Part shown: in pieces, positions 9,180 to 16,687 of the stretch
Layout: each line of letters opens with the position of its first letter
How positions within the stretch are numbered: the first letter of the stretch is position 1
IMG/VR virus record: IMGVR_UViG_3300031999_000037
Location: 1 to 49,447 of that record
Direction: 5' to 3' (one strand)
DNA length: 49,447 nt
Source of the DNA: a virus
Taxonomy: Duplodnaviria; Caudoviricetes
Position numbers and translations under genes: made by a program
Notes under the pieces: model-generated
Told to the model about the DNA's origin: nothing
What the model saw: the letters and a program-made list of their open reading frames with translations, nothing else
The model's database searches: none

Positions 9180-10091
9180 ATGAACACGAACTTCACACCC
9201 AGCACCCTCGCGATGAACTCGAAGACGGCCACCTCGGTTGCGGAGGCGGCATCGGGACGCGAGAGTATCCTCGAAGCGAAGTACGACGGGATCCGCCTCC
9301 TCATCGAGGTCACCGAGACCGGCGTCAACGCCTTCGCCCGCAGCGGCAAGAGCAAGAGCGGTAAGCTCCCGGCCATCGAGGCCGAGTTCTACGCGAACCT
9401 CCCGGCGGGCACCTGGCTCGACGGCGAGGCCGTAGCCTTCAACACGGACGGCACGCAGGACTGGGGCGGAGCACAGAGCGTACTCGGGAGCGGCGTAGCA
9501 CGGGCCGCAGCCGGTAGCGACAAGATCCGCTTCGTAGTCTTCGACCTGCTCGCCTTCGGCGGACAGGACGCACGCACGGTTCCGCTCCGCGGACGCCGCG
9601 AGCTTCTCGCCAGCATCTTCGACGGCGCCTCCTTCGACCGGGTCATCCTTAGCCCGGCGGTCGAGGCCACCGAGGAAGCCCACCAGGCGAACCTCGAAGC
9701 CGGGTACGAGGGCAGCATGGTCAAGCACCTCGACGCCCCGTACATGAGCGGCAAGCGCAGCGCCAGCAGCCTGAAGCTGAAGGCCACCGACACCATCGAC
9801 TGCATCATCACCGGCTACAAGGCCGCGGAGGCCGGAAGCTGGATCGCACGGGACGGCATGATCGGCGCCATCGAGTTCAAGCACCTCGCCGAGGACGGCA
9901 CCTGGATCGAGGGCCGCTGCTCGGGAATGGACACGGCGACCCGCCGGGCCATCACCGACAACGGCGCAGCCCTCGTAGGCACGGTCATCGAGGTCAGCTA
10001 CATGACAAAGATGCCGAGCGGCACCCTTCGCCACCCGCAGTACAAGCGCCTCCGCAGCGACAAGACGGCGGCGGAGGTGGCGGCGGGATGA
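9180..10091 (+). CDS. ATP-dependent DNA ligase
   Basis: EAKYDGIR, LDGE, VFDLL, YEGSMVK, LKLK, LRHP...R.DK motifs. Confidence 0.95.
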   Translation: MNTNFTPSTLAMNSKTATSVAEAASGRESILEAKYDGIRLLIEVTETGVNAFARSGKSKSGKLPAIEAEFYANLPAGTWLDGEAVAFNTDGTQDWGGAQSVLGSGVARAAAGSDKIRFVVFDLLAFGGQDARTVPLRGRRELLASIFDGASFDRVILSPAVEATEEAHQANLEAGYEGSMVKHLDAPYMSGKRSASSLKLKATDTIDCIITGYKAAEAGSWIARDGMIGAIEFKHLAEDGTWIEGRCSGMDTATRRAITDNGAALVGTVIEVSYMTKMPSGTLRHPQYKRLRSDKTAAEVAAG

Positions 10092-10573
10092 GCGCCTACC
10101 GCAACCGCCCGGACGTAGCCCTGGACGACTACCTCCGCTGCTCCTACACCTTCGCGTACGGCATGAACATGTCGGCCGCAACGATGGACGCGAACTACCG
10201 CCTGGTCGGCCCGGCGTACCTCACGGGCTGGGGCCTGGAGTTCGACCGCTTCGCCAACGTCGTACGCGCGGGCAGCCGCGTCCCCGGAGTCGTATGGGAG
10301 ATCCTCTCGGTCAGCGGCCTGCGCTACCTTGACCAGCGCGAGGGCTACCACCCCGGCGAGGAGGGCGGCTACTACACGCGCGAAGTGCTCAAGGTCGACA
10401 TGCCCTGGGACGAGGTCGAGACCTGGGTCTACCACATGCGCCCCGAGGCCCGGAACCCGGTGCAGCAGCCCTGCGCCGACTGGTACTACGCCACGATGGC
10501 CGCGGGCCGGGAGGCCGTAGGGCTTCCCACGGACGATCTGCCGCTGCGCCAGGCTGTAGACTCCCGTATGTGA
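10088..10573 (+). CDS. gamma-glutamylcyclotransferase (AIG2-like)
   Basis: FAYG.NM, GVVWEI, LDQREG, YY.R motifs. Confidence 0.8.
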   Translation: MSAYRNRPDVALDDYLRCSYTFAYGMNMSAATMDANYRLVGPAYLTGWGLEFDRFANVVRAGSRVPGVVWEILSVSGLRYLDQREGYHPGEEGGYYTREVLKVDMPWDEVETWVYHMRPEARNPVQQPCADWYYATMAAGREAVGLPTDDLPLRQAVDSRM

Positions 10574-10815
10574 GTGACCGCATCCACATCTACTCTGCCC
10601 TCGCGGACGGAGCCGGTGCTGCGCACCTATCGTGCCCGCCCGGTCGTCTGGCCGCGGCGCTAGTGGATCCCAGCGTGCAGGTCATCAACGGCGGACGTAC
10701 GCTCGCCTCCGGCTCGGCGTACTTCACCGACGACACCGAGCCGTACATCAGCGGACGCGTGGACTTCACCGGCGGCTCGGCCAGCGCCACCCACAGCATC
10801 GCCGTCCGCATCTAG
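10570..10815 (+). CDS. hypothetical protein
   Basis: GTGA overlap; TAGACT 7 nt upstream of the start. Confidence 0.6.
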   Translation: MSDRIHIYSALADGAGAAHLSCPPGRLAAALVDPSVQVINGGRTLASGSAYFTDDTEPYISGRVDFTGGSASATHSIAVRI

Positions 10816-10830
10816 CGGTACGCTTCCGGG

Positions 10831-11331
10831 GTGCCCTACCTCGCAGTCCTCGGCGTAGGATCCTGGTCGCCCACGCGTGGCGTTCGGTTCCAGCCCGGCG
10901 TCTACGAGGTCGATGCGGAGATCGCCGCGCTCGCGCGCGAGGACGCCATCGAGGGCAAGCTGCTCGTTTCGGACGACACCCCGTTCGTGATCTCCGAGAG
11001 CAACGGCGAGGTCTACCGCAAGCCACCCGAGCGGAAGAGCCTACGCGCCAGGGACGTCGGCGACCCGGACGACCCGTACAACCTGCTCGACCCGGAGAAG
11101 GAACCCCAGCTGTCCGTGGCGCTCACGCTGGAGGACTTGAAGAGCGGATCTGCGGACGGCGTATCCGTGCAGACCCACCCCGAGGCGCCCGAGCCGCCAC
11201 CAGAGGCCGACACGGAGCCGCCGGTACTACCGACCGGCGTCCGCTACGCCTGCGAGTTCTGCGACGTAGAGAAGCCCTCCGGGCCAAGCCTCGCACGCCA
11301 CATCGAGTTCAACCACGCGGTAACTCGGTAG
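10831..11331 (+). CDS. hypothetical protein with C-terminal C2H2 zinc finger
   Basis: CEFC...LARHIEFNH; TACGCT-N6-GTG. Confidence 0.7.
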   Translation: MPYLAVLGVGSWSPTRGVRFQPGVYEVDAEIAALAREDAIEGKLLVSDDTPFVISESNGEVYRKPPERKSLRARDVGDPDDPYNLLDPEKEPQLSVALTLEDLKSGSADGVSVQTHPEAPEPPPEADTEPPVLPTGVRYACEFCDVEKPSGPSLARHIEFNHAVTR

Positions 11332-11352
11332 GCCGGGCGGTATCCTCTAAGC

Positions 11353-12000
11353 ATGGCCCTCGCATCGCTCACCGACGTCAAGCGCATCCTGCGTATCCCG
11401 CCCACCAGCGTGGACGCGGAACGGGACGCGAACCTACGCGCCGCGCTCGACGCCATCGAGTCCTGGGCAAGCCGCTCGCTCAAGGGCCTGACCGCTTCCG
11501 GCAGCCAGGTCGAGACCTACTTCGACATCTACGAGGACGCCACGCTCCACCTCCCCGGCGACGATATCGTGGTCACGAAGGTGACCGTATGGCTCTACCC
11601 GTCCTCCGAGCCGGTCGACTGGTTCATGGCCGATACGACCGGCGGGCCGCGGTTCCAGGTCACCGACGACGGCAAGCTCATCCTGCGCCCCGTCCTGAAC
11701 ATGAACAGCGATGCGGGCCGCACCCTCCTCCGCTGCTACGAGCGCGTGGACGTGTTCTACGAGGGCACCGGCGTCGTACCGCGAGCCGTCACCGAGGGCA
11801 TCGCGCTCATGGCCGCGGGCTACTACAGCGAGGGGCCGCAGATCCTGCGCAACGTCAAGAGCGAGAAGATCGGTGACTACTCGTACACGCTCAACGACCA
11901 GCACGACGCAGGCGGCAACGCCACCACCCCGGCGTACGCGAGCCGCGCGGCGTTCTTCCTCAACCCCTGGATGCGGCGCAACAAGGTGGCGGTCACGTGA
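11353..12000 (+). CDS. head-tail adaptor/connector
   Basis: ALASLTDVKRIL N-terminus; VKSEKIGDYSYT C-terminus. Confidence 0.8.
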   Translation: MALASLTDVKRILRIPPTSVDAERDANLRAALDAIESWASRSLKGLTASGSQVETYFDIYEDATLHLPGDDIVVTKVTVWLYPSSEPVDWFMADTTGGPRFQVTDDGKLILRPVLNMNSDAGRTLLRCYERVDVFYEGTGVVPRAVTEGIALMAAGYYSEGPQILRNVKSEKIGDYSYTLNDQHDAGGNATTPAYASRAAFFLNPWMRRNKVAVT

Positions 12001-12329
12001 GCACCCAGGTAGGAGTCACGCTCGTCATCGAACGCACCGGCGTGGCCGACCCGGCTCCGTACGTCATCACAGACGGCAACGGAGTCACCTTCCCGAACGA
12101 CGGCAACGTCATCGTCAAGATCACCAACCCCAGCGGTGCACCCGCAACGGCCACGGTGATCTCTACGGCAACCGTCTCCGGCGAGGCCCTGGCCGACAAG
12201 GACATCGCGGTGGCCGCAGGGATCACGAAGTGGGCCGGGCCGTGGCCACCGGTGCTGTACAACGACAGCGACGGGCTGGTCACGATCACGGTGGCGGGCA
12301 CGCTCGACATCAGCTTCTACGGGATCTAG
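11997..12329 (+). CDS. putative virion structural protein
   Basis: Beta-rich, coupled within the neck operon. Confidence 0.65.
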   Translation: MSTQVGVTLVIERTGVADPAPYVITDGNGVTFPNDGNVIVKITNPSGAPATATVISTATVSGEALADKDIAVAAGITKWAGPWPPVLYNDSDGLVTITVAGTLDISFYGI

Positions 12330-12332
12330 GCC

Positions 12333-12731
12333 ATGTCCTTCGACGGCCTGCTGATCCACACGGCGGAGGTCTACCGGCGCCCCGTAGACACGGAGGGCAA
12401 CCCACAGGTCGACCGCTTCGGTCAGGCGAAGGGATCGAACCCCGGCACGATCACCAGCGCCCTCGCTACGACGTACCCGTGCCGCTGCTACCCGAAGTCG
12501 GGAGGCTTCGTGATGCAGGAGCGCGCGGTTGACGTCCTGCAAAACCGATTCTGCGTATTCACCGGCCCGGACGCCGACATCTACGAGGACGACTCGCTCC
12601 GCATCGTGGACGCGAACGGCCACGAGATCACCCCGAAGACGAAGGTCTCCAGCCGCGACGACATCTACGACGCGGTCGGTCTGCACCACCTGGAGTTCGA
12701 GCTGTGGGTTCAGACGGGGCCGGGCAACTAG
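12333..12731 (+). CDS. head closure/stopper protein
   Basis: LLIHTAEVYR, D.FGQ, PCR, HHLE pattern; position. Confidence 0.7.
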   Translation: MSFDGLLIHTAEVYRRPVDTEGNPQVDRFGQAKGSNPGTITSALATTYPCRCYPKSGGFVMQERAVDVLQNRFCVFTGPDADIYEDDSLRIVDANGHEITPKTKVSSRDDIYDAVGLHHLEFELWVQTGPGN

Positions 12732-12732
12732 C

Positions 12733-13137
12733 ATGCCGATGGCCCGCGACTGGCACGGCATGAGCATCCGGCACAAGACCGACCGGGCGGCTGCGCGCGC
12801 ACTGGTCGGCATCGGCATGGAGGTTGCGCGCGAGACGAAGCTGGTCACGCACAAGGTCTTCGGCACGCTCGCCCGCTCGGTTCACGCCGCGCCGGTCGGC
12901 TACGAGTACGCAGCCGAGGACGCGCGGGACGCGGTCGAGCACGACTTGCTGCTCCGCGAGGCGCTGCACCCGACACCGCTTCCGACCGGCCCGGCCATCG
13001 AGGTCGGGTCGTGGCTTCCGTATGCCTGCGTCGAGTGGGTCGGCCGCGGCCATCCCGGCGTTACGCAGGGCCTTGAGATCGGCCGGGCGAAGACCGATAG
13101 GTACGTCCGGCAAGCGATGAGGGAGGAGGGGCTATGA
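12733..13137 (+). CDS. neck/tail-completion protein (HK97 gp10-like)
   Basis: GTLARSV and VGS.LPYA..E motifs; position. Confidence 0.6.
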   Translation: MPMARDWHGMSIRHKTDRAAARALVGIGMEVARETKLVTHKVFGTLARSVHAAPVGYEYAAEDARDAVEHDLLLREALHPTPLPTGPAIEVGSWLPYACVEWVGRGHPGVTQGLEIGRAKTDRYVRQAMREEGL

Positions 13138-13571
13138 CGGACTTCACGCTCGAAGAGATCTCACCCGCCGAGTTGATCCGCGACGTCCTCGTGCGCCTGT
13201 CCGATCCCGAGATCGCACCGGGCGGTGTGGTTGTCGGCCCGGCGAACGACGCACAGCAACAGGCTGGTGTGATCAGCGTGGTCGACGCGGGCATGCCTCG
13301 GATCGAGTTGTACACGCCTCTCATCTCGGTGCGCACGCAGGTGCGGTGCCTTGCCGGGACGCTGGAGATGTCGGATCGGATCGTGCGCGGATGCCAGCGC
13401 TGGCTGGACGGCCGCTCGCGCGTGCTCGCGCGCCAGGCCAGCACCGACCGGAAGTACCTGATCCACTACATCAACGTGGTGGCCGGGCCGTCGATGCACT
13501 ACGACTCGCCCGAGACCTGGGAGACCCTGTTGTTCGCAGAGGTCTCGCTGGGTAGCGACCCCGTCTTCTAG
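13134..13571 (+). CDS. putative tail terminator
   Basis: Position after the neck genes; RTQVRC strand. Confidence 0.6.
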   Translation: MTDFTLEEISPAELIRDVLVRLSDPEIAPGGVVVGPANDAQQQAGVISVVDAGMPRIELYTPLISVRTQVRCLAGTLEMSDRIVRGCQRWLDGRSRVLARQASTDRKYLIHYINVVAGPSMHYDSPETWETLLFAEVSLGSDPVF

Positions 13572-13618
13572 GATCCCCCATTCGGGGGGTTGCTGTTCGG
13601 GCCGCATCGACCGATACT
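13571..13618 (+). promoter_or_regulatory. conserved phage promoter, copy 3
   Basis: GGATCCCCCATTCGGGGGG-TTGCTG-N17-GATACT. Confidence 0.85.
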
Positions 13619-13657
13619 TAGGTCATGCAGCACACACCCACACCCGAAGGAGCCACC

Positions 13658-13921
13658 ATGACGGTCAAGACCCACACCCTCAACGTACGCGGCCAGCAGG
13701 TTCGGACGCGCACCCCGCGGCGCTTCATCGCTTGCGGCGTACGGCCCGAAGCCTTCACCACCGAGGACGGCACCTACGTCGCCTTCGCCGAGGTCATCTT
13801 CCGCAGCGACAACCTCGCCAAGGCCCTCGACCTGGCGCGGCGCTACCGCCGCGACACCCGGCACCTCGGCGACACCATCACCGCGGTCGTCATCGACACC
13901 GCCACGGGCGAGGAGGTCTAG
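13658..13921 (+). CDS. hypothetical early-cassette protein (alternative start 13625)
   Basis: AAGGAG SD; in-frame upstream ATG at the predicted transcription start. Confidence 0.75.
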   Translation: MTVKTHTLNVRGQQVRTRTPRRFIACGVRPEAFTTEDGTYVAFAEVIFRSDNLAKALDLARRYRRDTRHLGDTITAVVIDTATGEEV

Positions 13922-13923
13922 CC

Positions 13924-14187
13924 ATGACGGCCCTAGCAGACAAGATCGGCGACATGTACGGCGACATGCTCCAGGTCGGCGACAAGATCCTCGACGGCAC
14001 CGAGCGCGGCACGGTCACCAAGATCCACGACTCGGCCGACATGGAGGGCGACTGCCCGCGGGTCTTCGTGAGCTTCGAGGACGGCACCGAGCAGGAGTAC
14101 ATCGCGGCGAACCAGCAGACTTGGTACACGGACGAACTGGCCTACCGGGTCGAGGACATCAGCCTCGACGTACTCCAGGCCGCGTAG
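13924..14187 (+). CDS. hypothetical acidic, SH3-like beta protein
   Basis: GAGGAGG SD; LQVGDKI...GTVTKI. Confidence 0.7.
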   Translation: MTALADKIGDMYGDMLQVGDKILDGTERGTVTKIHDSADMEGDCPRVFVSFEDGTEQEYIAANQQTWYTDELAYRVEDISLDVLQAA

Positions 14188-14220
14188 GAACCCACCCACC
14201 CACCAGAAGGAGAACGCGCC

Positions 14221-14400
14221 ATGACCACATACACCTACTGCGTCGAAGTCACCACGCAGAGCAACACGACCATTCAGGCGGTCGGCCTATCCCTGCCCCA
14301 GGCCCACGAGGTCGCGGTTGAGAAGGCCGTAGACGGCGCCAAGGCCGAGATCTGGACGGAGCAGACCGACCAGCTGGTAGCCGAGTACCCGGCAAGCTGA
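14221..14400 (+). CDS. small hypothetical protein (59 aa, absent from the ORF track)
   Basis: CA-rich leader plus AAGGAG SD; MTTYTYCVEV...EYPAS*. Confidence 0.7.
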   Translation: MTTYTYCVEVTTQSNTTIQAVGLSLPQAHEVAVEKAVDGAKAEIWTEQTDQLVAEYPAS

Positions 14401-14445
14401 TCCCCCATTCGAGGGGTTGCCTTCTACCGGCAACCGACCGATACT
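14399..14445 (+). promoter_or_regulatory. conserved phage promoter, copy 4
   Basis: GATCCCCCATTCGAGGGG-TTGCCT-N17-GATACT. Confidence 0.85.
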
Positions 14446-14484
14446 GAGGTCATGCAGCACACACCCACCAGCAAGGAGCACACC

Positions 14485-14895
14485 ATGAGCGCCAACAACA
14501 ACACCGCAGCCCTCCTGAGCCAGATGCTGAACGCCTCCCGCGGAAGCGGCCCGGCGCAGGGCGAGGACGACGGCAACGACATCCGCCTCCTGGCCCAGCC
14601 CGCGCATCTCCGGGTCGCCCGCCGCATCGCCAACGACCAGACCCCGACCCCGACCCCGGCCCCGGCCCCGGCCCCGGTCATCAGCGGCCAGACCGAGCCT
14701 CCCAACTTCAACCCGGATTGGGCGCGCGAGAACCCCGCCTACTGCACCGGGCGAGGCCCGACCGGCAGGCTCCGCAACTTCCGCGCAATGAACGACGGCA
14801 AGCTGCTCAGCACGCTCGCCAGCGTACGGCGCGAGACGAACGACTGGGAAGCACTCAACGCGCTCCTCGGTGAAGCTCAGTCCCGCGGCCTGTAA
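14485..14895 (+). CDS. early-cassette protein whose C-terminal domain is paralogous to a MuF internal domain
   Basis: AAGGAG SD; PT/PA linker; TGRGPTGRLRNFRAM...SRGL. Confidence 0.8.
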   Translation: MSANNNTAALLSQMLNASRGSGPAQGEDDGNDIRLLAQPAHLRVARRIANDQTPTPTPAPAPAPVISGQTEPPNFNPDWARENPAYCTGRGPTGRLRNFRAMNDGKLLSTLASVRRETNDWEALNALLGEAQSRGL

Positions 14896-14913
14896 CGCCA
14901 GCCGGACTTGACG

Positions 14914-14945
14914 GAGCGGCCCGCGCAAGCGGGCCGCTCTCGTGA
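14914..14945 (+). terminator. stem-loop terminator
   Basis: GAGCGGCCCGC-GCAA-GCGGGCCGCTC followed by TCGTG. Confidence 0.75.
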
Positions 14946-15001
14946 TTGCGGGAAGGCGAAGCGCGTGATGCGGGACGGCGGAGCGGTGTAGACTTCCTAC
15001 C

Positions 15002-15610
15002 GTGAGCACTGCGAACGTCAAGCCGTACGAGATCATCGCTGGCCCAGCGGATATCTACTTCGCTCCGGTCGGCTCGCCCTTCCCCGATCTCGTCGACACC
15101 TACACGCCGGGAGCCGGATTTAACGGCGCCGGTTCAGGCTTCTGGACGAAGGTCGGCTACACCGAGGGCGGCGTTAAGGTAGGCCACCCGCAGACGGTGG
15201 TCGAGCTTCGCGCCGATCAGGTCACCGCGCCGATCAAGGCCATCCGCTCCGAAGAGGGCCTGGAGATCAGCTTCTCCATTGCGACCATGTCGCTGGAGAA
15301 CTACGCACTTGCACTCAACCAGGCCGCGACCGGCCCGGTCGTAGGTGTCGGCCAGAAGGACGTCAAGCTCTACCGCGGCGGCTCCGGCGTCGAGATGATC
15401 GCGCTGCTCGCCCGCAACGACCACCTTTCGCCGGAAGGCGACTTCCCACTCCAGTATCAGGTTCCCTCCTGCTTCAATACGGGCGCCCCGGAGGTCGACT
15501 ACGTCAAGGACAATAAGGCCGTCCTTGCAGTCAGCTTCCACGCCATCGCAGACCCGGATCGCACCGACGACAGCCTGGCATTCGGCAAGCTGCGCGTTGG
15601 CACCCCGTAG
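15002..15610 (+). CDS. major tail (tube) protein
   Basis: IIAGPADIYFAP, WTKVGYTEGGV, ADQ; position. Confidence 0.85.
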   Translation: MSTANVKPYEIIAGPADIYFAPVGSPFPDLVDTYTPGAGFNGAGSGFWTKVGYTEGGVKVGHPQTVVELRADQVTAPIKAIRSEEGLEISFSIATMSLENYALALNQAATGPVVGVGQKDVKLYRGGSGVEMIALLARNDHLSPEGDFPLQYQVPSCFNTGAPEVDYVKDNKAVLAVSFHAIADPDRTDDSLAFGKLRVGTP

Positions 15611-15775
15611 CGATCCTCCGCAACCCGTAGCCTTCTCCACCGCCGACCTGTCGGTCGTTACCGTGCAGCAGAAGCGCGAGCCGAAGCAGCTACCGCGCCG
15701 CAGGAGCATACCGCGAGCGCGCCGGTCGTAAGATCCCAGGGACGACGTACCAACAACCCTGGAGGGCACAGCCTC

Positions 15776-15973
15776 ATGGCACAGCCTGGAAGTCTCAACG
15801 TGGAGGTCAACATCGACCTTCGCCCGGCCCGCGCGGCGGTTAAGCGCTTGGCTCGGGACGCACGGGAGGTCGGGATCGTTCTCGCCCGCCTCGACGTGCA
15901 GCTTGCCGGTCTTGAGGAGCGCGCCTCCGAACTTGCCGACTACGGCATCACCCTGGAGGTCGAACACGTATGA
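15776..15973 (+). CDS. hypothetical protein
   Basis: GGAGG SD, coupled to the next gene. Confidence 0.6.
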   Translation: MAQPGSLNVEVNIDLRPARAAVKRLARDAREVGIVLARLDVQLAGLEERASELADYGITLEVEHV

Positions 15974-16356
15974 CCGAGTTCCCGCTCATCCTCAGTACGG
16001 CAGTCGCTCCGCCGAAGCAGATCCTCCTCGACGGTGTCGAGTACGACTTGCTCGGGGCCGACAACCTCTCGCCCGAGCAGGAGGCAGAGGCGATGGCGCT
16101 GTTCTCGCGCCACTCGCTCATCCAGCAGCAGCTGGATATGACCGACCGGCTCACGGACGGCCAGGCCATCGCGGCCCGGCTCCGCACTTGCCGCATCCTC
16201 ATCCTATCGAAGCTCACGTCGATCCCGCGTGACGTCGCCGAGAAGCTTCCGCTCTCGGTGCAAGTCGTGCTGCTCCAGGCGATCCAGACGGAGATGGCAG
16301 CCGAGCCAGACGACGACATGACTCCGGCCGCAGAGGACGGTGTTGACGACGTATGA
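15970..16356 (+). CDS. putative tail assembly chaperone
   Basis: Position between tail tube and tape measure. Confidence 0.6.
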   Translation: MTEFPLILSTAVAPPKQILLDGVEYDLLGADNLSPEQEAEAMALFSRHSLIQQQLDMTDRLTDGQAIAARLRTCRILILSKLTSIPRDVAEKLPLSVQVVLLQAIQTEMAAEPDDDMTPAAEDGVDDV

Positions 16357-16687
16357 CATCGAGCACTGGCCACGGCTCACGCGCTTCTACGGCCTCTCGC
16401 CATTCGAGCTTGCTCGGCTCCCGCGGGCGGTACGCCGCGTCTACATCAGACAGCTTCCGCTCCTCGAAGCCGAGGAGCAACTGGCGCTGATGCACGCGGC
16501 CGACTTCCCGCACCTCACCGACGAAGGTCGTGGCAAGGTTCACCGGCGCCTGGCGCGAGCCGCCGGGTACGAGCCTGGCAACGACGCACCTACCGTGGCT
16601 CCGACGCAGGAGTCCGTTGCTGCGGCCGGTCTGCGCATCAACGTGGAGCGTGAGTCGATGAGTAGCAAGGAGGTGCCGGATGCCTGA
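16340..16687 (+). CDS. putative tail assembly chaperone, second gene
   Basis: L.RFYGLSP.EL..LP pattern; immediately before the tape measure. Confidence 0.6.
   Translation: MLTTYDIEHWPRLTRFYGLSPFELARLPRAVRRVYIRQLPLLEAEEQLALMHAADFPHLTDEGRGKVHRRLARAAGYEPGNDAPTVAPTQESVAAAGLRINVERESMSSKEVPDA

Noticed and set aside
8892-14445. Repeats as a CRISPR array or REP elements
   Set aside because: Irregular kb-scale spacing, no spacers or cas genes, and a fixed -35/N17/-10 geometry indicate promoters
16300-16360. Programmed -1 frameshift between tail chaperone genes
   Set aside because: No XXXYYYZ slippery heptamer seen; the second ORF is in the +1 frame and is closed by TGA at 16319-21, so it looks separately initiated
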